Assembly: GCA_964016885.1 (NCBI GenBank)
Contig: OZ024740.1
Span: forward strand, 401,388,001 to 401,452,000
Reading direction: 5' to 3'
Length of the DNA stretch: 64,000 nt
DNA from: Eledone cirrhosa
Taxonomy: Eukaryota
This document shows, piece after piece, positions 13,801 to 29,350 of this stretch. The notes under the pieces are model-generated. The model saw only the letters and a program-made list of their open reading frames with translations, searched no databases and was not told where the DNA came from. Numbering within the stretch: position 1 is the stretch's first letter; each line of letters opens with the position of its first letter. The translations under genes and the position numbers were made by a program.

Positions 13801-16800
13801 ATCAATACAACATAGAACACTATGTAGAATTAGTACAGTATAGAACACTATGTAGAATCAGTACAGTATAGAACACTATGTAGAATCAGTACATCATAGA
13901 ACACTATGTAGAATCAGTACAGTATAGAATACTATGTAGAATCAGTACAGTATAGAACACTATGTAGATTCAGTACAGTATAGAACACTATGTAGAATCA
14001 GTACAACATAGAACATTATGCAGAATCAGTACAGTATAGAACACTATGTAGAATCAGTACAGTATAGAACACTATGTAGTATCAGTACAGTATAGAACAC
14101 TATGAAGAATCAGAACACTATAGAACACTATATAGAATCAGTACAGTATAGAACACTATGTAGAATCAGTACAGTATAGAACACTATGTAGGATCAGAAC
14201 ACTATAGAACACTATGCAAAATCGGTACAACATAGAACACTATGTAGAATCAGTACAACATAGAACACTATGTAGAATCAGCACAACATAAAAAACTATG
14301 TAGAATCAATACAACATAGAACACTATGTAGAATCAGTACAACATAGACCACTATGTAGAATCAGTACTGTATAGAACACTATGTAGAATCAGTACAACA
14401 TAGAACACTATGTAGAATCAGTACAGTATAGAACACTATGTAGATTCAGTACAGTATAGAACACTATGTAGAATCAGTACAACATAGAACATTATGTAGA
14501 AAAAGTAGATCATAGAAGACTATGTAGAATCAATACAATATAGAACACTATGTAGAATCAGTACAACATAGAATACTATGTAGAATCAGTACAGTATAAA
14601 CTATTATGCAGAATCAGTGCAGTATAGAACACTATGTAGAATCAGAACAACATAGAACACTATGTAGAATCAACACAACATAGAACACTATGTAGAATCA
14701 GTACAATATAGAACACTATGTAGCATCAGTACAGTATAGAACACTATGTAGTATCAGTACAGTATAGAACACTATGTAGAATCAGTACAGCATAGAACAC
14801 TATGTAGAATGTGTGCATCATAAAATACTATGTAGAATCAGTACAGTAGAGAATACTATGTAGCATCAGTATAGTAGAGAGCACTATGTAGAATCAGTAC
14901 AGTATAGAACACTATGTAGAATCAGTACAACATAGAACACTATGTAGAATCAGTACAGTATAGAACACTATGTAGAATCAGTACAATATAGAACACTATG
15001 TAGAATCAGTAAGTATAGAACACTATGTAGAATCAGTACAGTATTGAACACTATTTAGAATCAGTACACTATAGAACACTATGTAAAATCAGTACAACAT
15101 AGAACACTATGTAGAATCAGTACAGTATAGAACACTATGTAGAATCAGTACAACATAGAACACTATGTAGAATCAGTACAGTATAGACTACTATGCAGAA
15201 TCAGTACAGTATAGAACACTATGCAGAATCAGTGCAGTATAGAACACTATGTAGAATCAGTACAACATAGAACACTATATAGAATCAATACAGCATAGAA
15301 AACTATGTAGAATCCGCACAACATAGAACACTATGTAGAATCAGTACAGTATAGAACACTATGTAGAATCAGTACAGTATAGAACACTATGTAGAATCAG
15401 TACAGTATAGAACATCATGTAGAATCAGTACAGTATAGAACACTATTTAGAATCAGTACACTATAGAACACTATGTAAAATCAGTACAACATAGAACACT
15501 ATGTAGAATCAGTACAACATAGAACACTATGTAGAGTCACTACAGTATAGAACACTATGTAGAATCAGTACAACATAGAACACTATGTAGATTCAGTACA
15601 ACATAGAACACTATGTAGAATCAGTACAGTATAAAACACTATGTAGAATCAGTACAACATAGAACACTATGTAGATTCAGTACAACATAGAACACTATGT
15701 AGAATCAGTACAGTATAGAACACTATGTAGAATCAGTACAACATAGAACATTATGTATAATCAGTACATCATAGAACACTACGTAGAATCAGTACAGTAT
15801 AGAACACTATGTAGAATCAGTACAGTATAGAACACTATGTAGAATCAGTACAGTATAGAACACTATGTAGAATCAGTACAGTATAGAACACTATATAGAA
15901 TATGTGCATCATAGAACACTATGTAGAATCTGTACAGTAGAGAACACTATGTAGAATCAGTACAGTAGAGAACACTATGTAGAATCAGTACAGTATAGAC
16001 TACTATGCCGAATCAGTACAGTATAGAACACTATGTAGAATCAGTACAACATAGAACACAATGTAGAATCAGTACAGTATAGAACACTATGTAGAATCAA
16101 TACAACATAGAACACTATGTAGAATTAGTACAGTATAGAAAACTATGTAGATTCAGTACACCATAGAACGCTATGTAGAATCAGTACAACATAGAACACT
16201 ATGTAGAATCAGCACAGGATAAAACACTATGTAGAATCAATACAACATAGAACACTATGTAGAATTAGTACAGTATAGAACACTATGTAGAATCAGTACA
16301 GTATAGAACACTATGTAGAATCAGTACATCATAGAACACTATGTAGAATCAGTACAGTATAGAATACTATGTAGAATCAGTACAGTATAGAACACTATGT
16401 AGATTCAGTACAACATAGAACACTATGTAGAATCAGTACAACATAGAACAATATGTAGAATCAGTACAACATAGAACACCATGTAGAATCAACTCAACAT
16501 AGAACATTACGTAGAATCATTACAACATAGAACACTATGTAGAATCAGTACAGTATAGAACACTATGCAGAATCAGTACAACATAGAACCCTATATAGAA
16601 TCACTAGAGTATAGAACACTATGTAGAATCAGAACAATATAGAACACTATGTAGAATCAGTAAGTATAGAACACTATGTAGAATCAGTACAGTATTGAAC
16701 ACTATTTAGTATCAGTACACTATAGAACACTATGTAAAATCAGTACAACATAGAACACTATGTAGAATCAGTACAGTATAGAACACTATGTAGAATCAGT

Positions 16801-18454
16801 ACAACATAGAACACTATGTAGAATCAGTACAGTATAGACTACTATGCAGAATCAGTACAGTATAGAACACTATGCAGAATCAGTGCAGTATAGAACACTA
16901 TGTAGAATCAGTACAACATAGAACACTATATAGAATCAATACAACATAGAACACTATGTAGAATCCGCACAACATAGAACACTATGTAGAATCAGTACGG
17001 TATAGAACACTATGTAGAATCAGTACAGTATAGAACACTATGTAGAATCAGTACAGTATAGAACATCATGTAGAATCAGTACAGTATAGAACACTATTTA
17101 GAATCAGTACACTATAGAACACTATGTAAAATCAGTACAACATAGAACACTATGTAGAATCAGTACAACATAGAACACTATGTAGAGTCACTACAGTATA
17201 GAACACTATGTAGAATCAGTACAACATAGAACACTATGTAGATTCAGTACAACATAGAACACTATGTAGAATCAGTACAGTATAGAACACTATGTAGAAT
17301 CAGTACAACATAGAACATTCTGTATAATCAGTACATCATAGAACACTATGTAGAATCAGTACAGTATAGAACACTATGTAAAATCAGTACAGTATAGAAC
17401 ACTATGTAGAATCAGTACAGTATAGAACACTATGTAGAATCAGTACAGTATAGAACACTATATAGAATATGTGCATCATAGAACACTATGTAGAATCTGT
17501 ACAGTAGAGAACACTATGTAGAATCAGTACAGTAGAGAACACTATGTAGAATCAGTACAGTATAGACTACTATGCAGAATCAGTACAGTATAGAACACTA
17601 TGTAGAATCAGTACAACATAGAACACAATGTAGAATCAGTACAGTATAGAACACTATGTAGAATCAATACAACATAGAACACTATGTAGAATTAGTACAG
17701 TATAGAAAACTATGTAGATTCAGTACACCATAGAACACTATGTAGAATCAGCACAGGATAAAACACTATGTAGAATCAATACAACATAGAACACTATGTA
17801 GAATTAGTACAGTATAGAACACTATGTAGAATCAGTACAGTATAGAACACTATGTAGAATCAGTACATCATAGAACACTATGTAGAATCAGTACAGTATA
17901 GAATACTATGTAGAATCAGTACAGTATAGAACACTATGTAGATTCAGTACAGTATAGAACACTATGTAGAATCAGTACAACATAGAACATTATGCAGAAT
18001 CAGTACAGTATAGAACACTATGTAGAATCAGTACAGTATAGAACACTATGTAGTATCAGTACAGTATAGAACACTATGAAGAATCAGAACACTATAGAAC
18101 ACTATATAGAATCAGTACAGTATAGAACACTATGTAGAATCAGTACAGTATAGAACACTATGTAGGATCAGAACACTATAGAACACTATGCAAAATCGGT
18201 ACAACATAGAACACTATGTAGAATCAGTACAACATAGAACACTATGTAGAATCAGCACAACATAAAAAACTATGTAGAATCAATACAACATAGAACACTA
18301 TGTAGAATCAGTACAACATAGACCACTATGTAGAATCAGTACTGTATAGAACACTATGTAGAATCAGTACAACATAGAACACTATGTAGAATCAGTACAG
18401 TATAGAACACTATGTAGATTCAGTACAGTATAGAACACTATGTAGAATCAGTAC
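10547..18454. repeat. Near-identical tandem duplication, offset 3974 bp (142 monomers minus 2 bp); copies ~10547-14480 and ~14521-18454
   Basis: Markers ACGT 11807/15781, GTACGG 13021/16995 and ATCGG 14221/18195 are all offset by 3974. Confidence 0.93.
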
Positions 18455-21400
18455 TGTATAGAACGCTATGTAGAATCAGTACAACATAGAACACTATGTA
18501 GAATCTGTGCATAATAGAACACTATGTAGAATCAGTACAGTAGAGAACACTATGTAGAATCAGTACAGTATATAACACTATGTAGAATCAGTACAACATA
18601 GAACACTATGTATAATCAGTACTGTGTAGAACACTATGTAAAATCAGTACAACATAGAACACTATGTAGATTCAGTACAGTATAGAACACTATGTAGAAT
18701 CAGTACAACATAGAACATTATGTAGAAAAAGTAGATCATAGAAGACTATGTAGAATCAGTACAGTAGAGAGCACTATGTAGAATCAGTACAACATAGAAC
18801 ACTATGTAGAATCAGTACAACATAGAACACTATGTAGAATCAGTACAACATAGAACAATATGTAGAATCAGTACAACATAGAACACCATGTAGAATCAAC
18901 TCAACATAGAACATTACGTAGAATCAGTACAACATAGAACACTATGTAGAATCAGTACAGTATAGAACAATATGTAGAATCAGTACAGTATAGAACACTA
19001 TGTAGAATCAGTACAATATATAACACTATGTATAATCAGTACAGTATAGACCACTATGTAGAATCACTAAAACATTGATTACTATGTAGAATCAACTCAA
19101 CATAGAACACTAGGTAGAATCAGTACACTATAGAACACTATGTAGAATCAGTACAACATAGAACACTATGTAGAATCAGTACAACATAGAACACTATGTA
19201 GAATCAGTACAACATAGAACACTATGTAGAATCAGCACATCAGAGAACACTATGTAGAATCAGTACAGTATAGAACACTATGTAGAATCAGTACAAAATA
19301 GAACACTATGTAGAATCAGTACAGTATAGACTACTATGCAGAATCAGTACAGTATAGAACACTATTTAGAATCAGTACAACATAGAACACTATGTATAAT
19401 CAGTACAGTATAGACCACTATGTAGTATCACTAAAACATTGAACACTATGTAGAATCAACACATCATAGAACACAATGTAGAATCACTAAACTATAGAAC
19501 ACTATGTAGAATCTGTACAACATAGAACGCTATTTAGAATCAGCACAACATAGAACACTATGTAGAATCAGTACAGTATAGAACACTATGTAGAATCAGT
19601 ACAACATAGAACATTATGTATAATTAGTACATCATATAACACTATGTAGATTCAGTACAACATAGAACACTATGTAGATTCAGTACAACATAGAACACTA
19701 TGTAGAATCAGTACAGTATAGAACACTATGTAGAATCAGTACAACATAGAACATTATGTATAATCAGTACATCATAGAACACTACGTAGAATCAGTACAG
19801 TATAGAACACTATGTAGAATCAGTACAGTATAGAACACTATGTAGAATCAGTACAGTATAGAACACTATGTAGAATCAGTACAGTATAGAACACTATATA
19901 GAATATGTGCATCATAGAACACTATGTAGAATCTGTACAGTAGAGAACACTATGTAGAATCAGTACAGTAGAGAACACTATGTAGAATCAGTACAGTATA
20001 GACTACTATGCCGAATCAGTACAGTATAGAACACTATGTAGAATCAGTACAACATAGAACACAATGTAGAATCAGTACAGTATAGAACACTATGTAGAAT
20101 CAATACAACATAGAACACTATGTAGAATTAGTACAGTATAGAAAACTATGTAGATTCAGTACACCATAGAACGCTATGTAGAATCAGTACAACATAGAAC
20201 ACTATGTAGAATCAGCACAGGATAAAACACTATGTAGAATCAATACAACATAGAACACTATGTAGAATTAGTACAGTATAGAACACTATGTAGAATCAGT
20301 ACAGTATAGAACACTATGTAGAATCAGTACATCATAGAACACTATGTAGAATCAGTACAGTATAGAATACTATGTAGAATCAGTACAGTATAGAACACTA
20401 TGTAGATTCAGTACAACATAGAACACTATGTAGAATCAGTACAACATAGAACAATATGTAGAATCAGTACAACATAGAACACCATGTAGAATCAACTCAA
20501 CATAGAACATTACGTAGAATCATTACAACATAGAACACTATGTAGAATCAGTACAGTATAGAACACTATGCAGAATCAGTACAACATAGAACCCTATATA
20601 GAATCACTAGAGTATAGAACACTATGTAGAATCAGAACAATATAGAACACTATGTAGAATCAGTAAGTATAGAACACTATGTAGAATCAGTACAGTATTG
20701 AACACTATTTAGTATCAGTACACTATAGAACACTATGTAAAATCAGTACAACATAGAACACTATGTAGAATCAGTACAGTATAGAACACTATGTAGAATC
20801 AGTACAACATAGAACACTATGTAGAATCAGTACAGTATAGACTACTATGCAGAATCAGTACAGTATAGAACACTATGCAGAATCAGTGCAGTATAGAACA
20901 CTATGTAGAATCAGTACAACATAGAACACTATATAGAATCAATACAACATAGAACACTATGTAGAATCCGCACAACATAGAACACTATGTAGAATCAGTA
21001 CGGTATAGAACACTATGTAGAATCAGTACAGTATAGAACACTATGTAGAATCAGTACAGTATAGAACATCATGTAGAATCAGTACAGTATAGAACACTAT
21101 TTAGAATCAGTACACTATAGAACACTATGTAAAATCAGTACAACATAGAACACTATGTAGAATCAGTACAACATAGAACACTATGTAGAGTCACTACAGT
21201 ATAGAACACTATGTAGAATCAGTACAACATAGAACACTATGTAGATTCAGTACAACATAGAACACTATGTAGAATCAGTACAGTATAGAACACTATGTAG
21301 AATCAGTACAACATAGAACATTCTGTATAATCAGTACATCATAGAACACTATGTAGAATCAGTACAGTATAGAACACTATGTAAAATCAGTACAGTATAG

Positions 21401-23654
21401 AACACTATGTAGAATCAGTACAGTATAGAACACTATGTAGAATCAGTACAGTATAGAACACTATATAGAATATGTGCATCATAGAACACTATGTAGAATC
21501 TGTACAGTAGAGAACACTATGTAGAATCAGTACAGTAGAGAACACTATGTAGAATCAGTACAGTATAGACTACTATGCAGAATCAGTACAGTATAGAACA
21601 CTATGTAGAATCAGTACAACATAGAACACAATGTAGAATCAGTACAGTATAGAACACTATGTAGAATCAATACAACATAGAACACTATGTAGAATTAGTA
21701 CAGTATAGAAAACTATGTAGATTCAGTACACCATAGAACACTATGTAGAATCAGCACAGGATAAAACACTATGTAGAATCAATACAACATAGAACACTAT
21801 GTAGAATTAGTACAGTATAGAACACTATGTAGAATCAGTACAGTATAGAACACTATGTAGAATCAGTACATCATAGAACACTATGTAGAATCAGTACAGT
21901 ATAGAATACTATGTAGAATCAGTACAGTATAGAACACTATGTAGATTCAGTACAGTATAGAACACTATGTAGAATCAGTACAACATAGAACATTATGCAG
22001 AATCAGTACAGTATAGAACACTATGTAGAATCAGTACAGTATAGAACACTATGTAGTATCAGTACAGTATAGAACACTATGAAGAATCAGAACACTATAG
22101 AACACTATATAGAATCAGTACAGTATAGAACACTATGTAGAATCAGTACAGTATAGAACACTATGTAGGATCAGAACACTATAGAACACTATGCAAAATC
22201 GGTACAACATAGAACACTATGTAGAATCAGTACAACATAGAACACTATGTAGAATCAGCACAACATAAAAAACTATGTAGAATCAATACAACATAGAACA
22301 CTATGTAGAATCAGTACAACATAGACCACTATGTAGAATCAGTACTGTATAGAACACTATGTAGAATCAGTACAACATAGAACACTATGTAGAATCAGTA
22401 CAGTATAGAACACTATGTAGATTCAGTACAGTATAGAACACTATGTAGAATCAGTACTGTATAGAACGCTATGTAGAATCAGTACATCATAGAACACTAT
22501 GTAGAATCTGTGCATAATAGAACACTATGTAGAATCAGTACAGTAGAGAACACTATGTAGAATCAGTACAGTATATAACACTATGTAGAATCAGTACAAC
22601 ATAGAACACTATGTATAATCAGTACTGTGTAGAACACTATGTAAAATCAGTACAACATAGAACACTATGTAGATTCAGTACAGTATAGAACACTATGTAG
22701 AATCAGTACAACATAGAACATTATGTAGAAAAAGTAGATCATAGAAGACTATGTAGAATCAGTACAGTAGAGAGCACTATGTAGAATCAGTACAACATAG
22801 AACACTATGTAGAATCAGTACAACATAGAACACTATGTAGAATCAGTACAACATAGAACAATATGTAGAATCAGTACAACATAGAACACCATGTAGAATC
22901 AACTCAACATAGAACATTACGTAGAATCAGTACAACATAGAACACTATGTAGAATCAGTACAGTATAGAACAATATGTAGAATCAGTACAGTATAGAACA
23001 CTATGTAGAATCAGTACAATATATAACACTATGTATAATCAGTACAGTATAGACCACTATGTAGAATCACTAAAACATTGATTACTATGTAGAATCAACT
23101 CAACATAGAACACTAGGTAGAATCAGTACACTATAGAACACTATGTAGAATCAGTACAACATAGAACACTATGTAGAATCAGTACAACATAGAACACTAT
23201 GTAGAATCAGTACAACATAGAACACTATGTAGAATCAGCACATCAGAGAACACTATGTAGAATCAGTACAGTATAGAACACTATGTAGAATCAGTACAAA
23301 ATAGAACACTATGTAGAATCAGTACAGTATAGACTACTATGCAGAATCAGTACAGTATAGAACACTATTTAGAATCAGTACAACATAGAACACTATGTAT
23401 AATCAGTACAGTATAGACCACTATGTAGTATCACTAAAACATTGAACACTATGTAGAATCAACACATCATAGAACACAATGTAGAATCACTAAACTATAG
23501 AACACTATGTAGAATCTGTACAACATAGAACGCTATTTAGAATCAGCACAACATAGAACACTATGTAGAATCAGTACAGTATAGAACACTATGTAGAATC
23601 AGTACAACATAGAACATTATGTATAATTAGTACATCATATAACACTATGTAGAA
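15649..23654. repeat. Near-identical tandem duplication, period 4003 bp (143 monomers minus 1 bp); junction ~19651
   Basis: Markers ACGT 15781/19784, GTACGG 16995/20998, ATCGG 18195/22198, GTAGATCATAGAAGAC 18731/22734 and TAATTAG 19621/23624 are all offset by 4003. Confidence 0.93.
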
Positions 23655-23699
23655 TCAGTACAGTATAGAACACTATGTAGAATCAGTACAGTATAGAAC

Positions 23700-26600
23700 A
23701 CTTAGTAGAATCAGTACATTATAGAACACTATGTAGAATATGTGCATCATAGAACACTATGTAGAATCACTACAGTATAGAACACTATGTAGAATCAGTA
23801 AGTATAGAACACTATGTAGAATCAGTACAGTATAGAACACTATGTAGAATCAGTACAACATAGAACACTATGTAGAATCAGTACAGTATAGACTGCTATG
23901 CAGAATCAGTACAGTATAAAACACTATGTAGAATCAGTACAACATAGAACACTATGTAAATTCAGTACAACATAGAACACTATGTAGAATCAGTACAGTA
24001 TAGAACACTATGTAGAATCAGTACAACATAGAACATTATGTATAATCAGTACATCATAGAACACTATGTAGAATCAGTACAGTATAGAACACTATGTAGA
24101 ATCAGTACAGTATAGAACACTATGTAGAATCAGTACAGTATAGAACACTATGTAGAATCAGTACAGTATAGAACACTATATAGAATATGTGCATCATAGA
24201 ACACTATGTATAATCTGTACAGTAGAGAACACTATGTAGAATCAGTACAGTAGAGAACACTATGTAGAATCAGTACAGTATAGACTACTATGCAGAATCA
24301 GTACAGTATAGAACACTATGTAGAATCAGTACAACATAGAACACAATGTAGAATCAGTACAGTATAGAACACTATGTAGAATCAATACAACATAGAACAC
24401 TATGTAGAATTAGTACAGTATAGAAAACTATGTAGATTCAGTACACCATAGAACGCTATGTAGAATCAGTACAACATAGAACACTATGTAGAATCAGCAC
24501 AGGATAGAACACTATGTAGAATCAATACAAAAAAGAACACTATGTAGAATTAGTACAGTATAGAACACTATGTAGAATCAGTACAGTATAGAACACTATG
24601 TATAATCAGTACATCATAGAACACTATGTAGAATCAGTACAGTATAGAATACTATGTAGAATCAGTACAGTATAGAACACTATGTAGATTCAGTACAGTA
24701 TACAACACTATGTAGAATCAGTACAACATAGAACATTATGCAGAATCAGTACAGTATAGAACACTATGTAGAATCAGTACAGTATAGAACACTATGTAGA
24801 ATCAGTACAGTATAGAACACTATGAAGAATCAGAACACTATAGAACACTATATAGAATCAGTACAGTATAGAACACTATGTAGAATCAGTACAGTATAGG
24901 ACACTATGTAGGATCAGAACACTATAGAACACTATGCAAAATCGGTACAACATAGAACACTATGTAGAATCAATACAACATAGAACACTATGTACAATCA
25001 GTACAGTAGAGAGCACTATGTAGAATCAGTACAACATAGAACACTATGTAGAATCAGCACAACATAAAAAACTATGTAGATTCAATACAACATAGAACAC
25101 TATGTAGAATCAGTACAACATAGAACACTATGTAGAATCAGTACAGTATAGAACACTATGTAGATTCAGTACAGTAGAGAACACTATGTAGAATCAGTAC
25201 TGTATAGAACGCTATGTAGAATCAGTACAACATAGAACACTATTTAGAATATGTGCATCATAGAACACTATGTAGAATCAGTACAGTAGAGAACACTATG
25301 TAGAATCAGTACAGTATATAACACTATGTAGAATCAGTACAACATAGAACACTATGTATAATCAGTACTGTGTAGAACACTATGTAAAATCAGTACAACA
25401 TAGAACACTATGTAGAATCAGTACAACATAGAACACTATGTAGATTCAGTACAGTATAGAACACTATGTAGAATCAGTACAACATAGAACATTATGTAGA
25501 AAAAGTAGATCATAGAAGACTATGTAGAATCAGTACAGTAGAGAGCACTATGTAGAATCAGTACAACATAGAACACTATGTAGAATATGTGCATCATAGA
25601 ACACTATGTAGAATCAGTACAGTAGAGAACTCTATGTAGAATCAGTACAACATAGAACACTATGTAGAATCAGTACAACATAGAACACTATGTAGAATCA
25701 GTACAACATAGAACAATATGTAGAATCAGTACAACATAGAACACCCTGTAGAATCAACTCAACATAGAACATTACGTAGAATCAGTACAACATAGAACAC
25801 TATGTAGAATCAGTACAGTATAGAACAATATGTAGAATCAGTACAGTATAGAACACTATGTAGAATCAGTACAATATATAACACTATGTATAATCAGTAC
25901 AGTATAGACCACTATGTAGAATCACTAAAACATTGAACACTATGTAGAATCAACTCAACATAGAACACTATGTAGAATCAGTACACTATAGAACACTATG
26001 TAGAATCAGTACAACATAGAACACTATGTAGAATCAGTACAACATAGAACACTATGTAGAATCAGTACAATATAGAACACTATGTAGAATCAGCACATCA
26101 TAGAACACTATGTAGAATCAGTACAGTATAGAACACTATGTAGAATCAGTACAACATAGAACACTATGTAGAATCAGTACAGTATAGACTACTATGCAGA
26201 ATCAGTACAGTATAGAACACTATTTAGAATCAGTACAACATAGAACACTATGTATAATCAGTACAGTATAGACCACTATGTAGCATCACTAAAACATTGA
26301 ACACTATGTAGAATCAACACAACATAGAACACAATGTAGAATCACAAAACTATAGAACACTATGTAGAATCTGTACAACATAGAACGCTATTTAGAATCA
26401 GCACAACATAGAACACTATGTAGAATCAGTACAGTATAGAACACTATGTAGAATCAGTACAGTATAGAACACTTAGTAGAATCAGTACATTATAGAACAC
26501 TATGTAGAATATGTGCATCATAGAACACTATGTAGAATCACTACAGTATAGAACACTATGTAGAATCAGTACAACATAGAACACTATGTAGAATCAGTAC

Positions 26601-29350
26601 AGTATAGACTGCTATGCAGAATCAGTACAGTATAAAACACTATGTAGAATCAGTACAACATAGAACACTATGTAAATTCAGTACAACATAGAACACTATG
26701 TAGAATCAGTACAGTATAGAACACTATGTAGAATCAGTACAACATAGAACATTATGTATAATCAGTACATCATAGAACACTATGTAGAATCAGTACATTA
26801 TAGAACACTATGTAGAATCAGTACAGTATAGAACACTATGTAGAATCAGTACAGTATAGAACACTATGTAGAATCAGTACAGTATAGAACACTATATAGA
26901 ATATGTGCATCATAGAACACTATGTATAATCTGTACAGTAGAGAACACTATGTAGAGTCAGTACAGTAGAGAACACTATGTAGAATCAGTACAGTATAGA
27001 CTACTATGCAGAATCAGTACAGTATAGAACACTATGTAGAATCAGTACAACATAGAACACAATGTAGAATCAGTACAGTATAGAACACTATGTAGAATCA
27101 ATACAACATAGAACACTATGTAGAATTAGTACAGTATAGAAAACTATGTAGATTCAGTACACCATAGAACGCTATGTAGAATCAGTACAACATAGAACAC
27201 TATGTAGAATCAGCACAGGATAGAACACTATGTAGAATCAATACAAAAAAGAACACTATGTAGAATTAGTACAGTATAGAACACTATGTAGAATCAGTAC
27301 AGTATAGAACACTATGTATAATCAGTACATCATAGAACACTATGTAGAATCAGTACAGTATAGAATACTATGTAGAATCAGTACAGTATAGAACACTATG
27401 TAGATTCAGTACAGTATACAACACTATGTAAAATCAGTACAACATAGAACATTATGCAGAATCAGTACAGTATAGAACACTATGTAGAATCAGTACAGTA
27501 TAGAACACTATGTAGAATCAGTACAGTATAGAACACTATGAAGAATCAGAACACTATAGAACACTATATAGAATCAGTACAGTATAGAACACTATGTAGA
27601 ATCAGTACAGTATAGGACACTATGTAGGATCAGAACACTATAGAACACTATGCAAAATCGGTACAACATAGAACACTATGTAGAATCAATACAACATAGA
27701 ACACTATGTAGAATCAGTACAGTAGAGAGCACTATGTAGAATCAGTACAACATAGAACACTATGTAGAATCAGCACAACATAAAAAACTATGTAGATTCA
27801 ATACAACATAGAACACTATGTAGAATCAGTACAACATAGACCACTATGTAGAATCAGTACTGTATAGAACACTATGTAGAATCAGTACAACATAGAACAC
27901 TATGTAGAATCAGTACAGTATAGAACACTATGTAGATTCAGTACAGTAGAGAACACTATGTAGAATCAGTACTGTATAGAACGCTATGTAGAATCAGTAC
28001 AACATAGAACACTATTTAGAATCTGTGCATCATAGAACACTATGTAGAATCAGTACAGTAGAGAACACTATGTAGAATCAGTACAGTATATAACACTATG
28101 TAGAATCAGTACAACATAGAACACTATGTATAATCAGTACTGTGTAGAACACTATGTAAAATCAGTACAACATAGAACACTATGTAGAATCAGTACAACA
28201 TAGAACACTATGTAGATTCAGTACAGTATAGAACACTATGTAGAATCAGTACAACATAGAACATTATGTAGAAAAAGTAGATCATAGAAGACTATGTAGA
28301 ATCAGTACAGTAGAGAGCACTATGTAGAATCAGTACAACATAGAACACTATGTAGAATATGTGCATCATAGAACACTATGTAGAATCAGTACAGTAGAGA
28401 ACACTATGTAGAATCAGTACAACATAGAACACTATGTAGAATCAGTACAACATAGAACACTATGTAGAATCAGTACAACATAGAACAATATGTAGAATCA
28501 GTACAACATAGAACACCCTGTAGAATCAACTCAACATAGAACATTACGTAGAATCAGTACAACATAGAACACTATGTAGAATCAGTACAGTATAGAACAA
28601 TATGTAGAATCAGTACAGTATAGAACACTATGTAGAATCAGTACAATATATAACACTATGTATAATCAGTACAGTATAGACCACTATGTAGAATCACTAA
28701 AACATTGAACACTATGTAGAATCAACTCAACATAGAACACTATGTAGAATCAGTACACTATAGAACACTATGTAGAATCAGTACAACATAGAACACTATG
28801 TAGAATCAGTACAACATAGAACACTATGTAGAATCAGTACAATATAGAACACTATGTAGAATCAGCACATCATAGAACACTATGTAGAATCAGTACAGTA
28901 TAGAACACTATGTAGAATCAGTACAACATAGAACACTATGTAGAATCAGTACAGTATAGACTACTATGCAGAATCAGTACAGTATAGAACACTATTTAGA
29001 ATCAGTACAACATAGAACACTATGTATAATCAGTACAGTATAGACCACTATGTAGCATCACTAAAACATTGAACACTATGTAGAATCAACACAACATAGA
29101 ACACAATGTAGAATCACAAAACTATAGAACACTATGTAGAATCTGTACAACATAGAACGCTATTTAGAATCAGCACAACATAGAACACTATGTAGAATCA
29201 GTACAGTATAGAACACTATGTAGAATCAGTACAGTATAGAACACTTAGTAGAATCAGTACATTATAGAACACTATGTAGAATATGTGCATCATAGAACAC
29301 TATGTAGAATCACTACAGTATAGAACACTATGTAGAATCAGTACAACATA
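23700..29350. repeat. Tandem duplication, period ~2.72-2.77 kb (97-99 monomers)
   Basis: GACTGCTATG 23891/26607 and CAAAAAAGAA 24528/27244 give offset 2716. After two extra monomers near 27841 the offset becomes 2772 (GTAGATC 25505/28277, CTTAGTAG 26472/29244). Confidence 0.9.
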
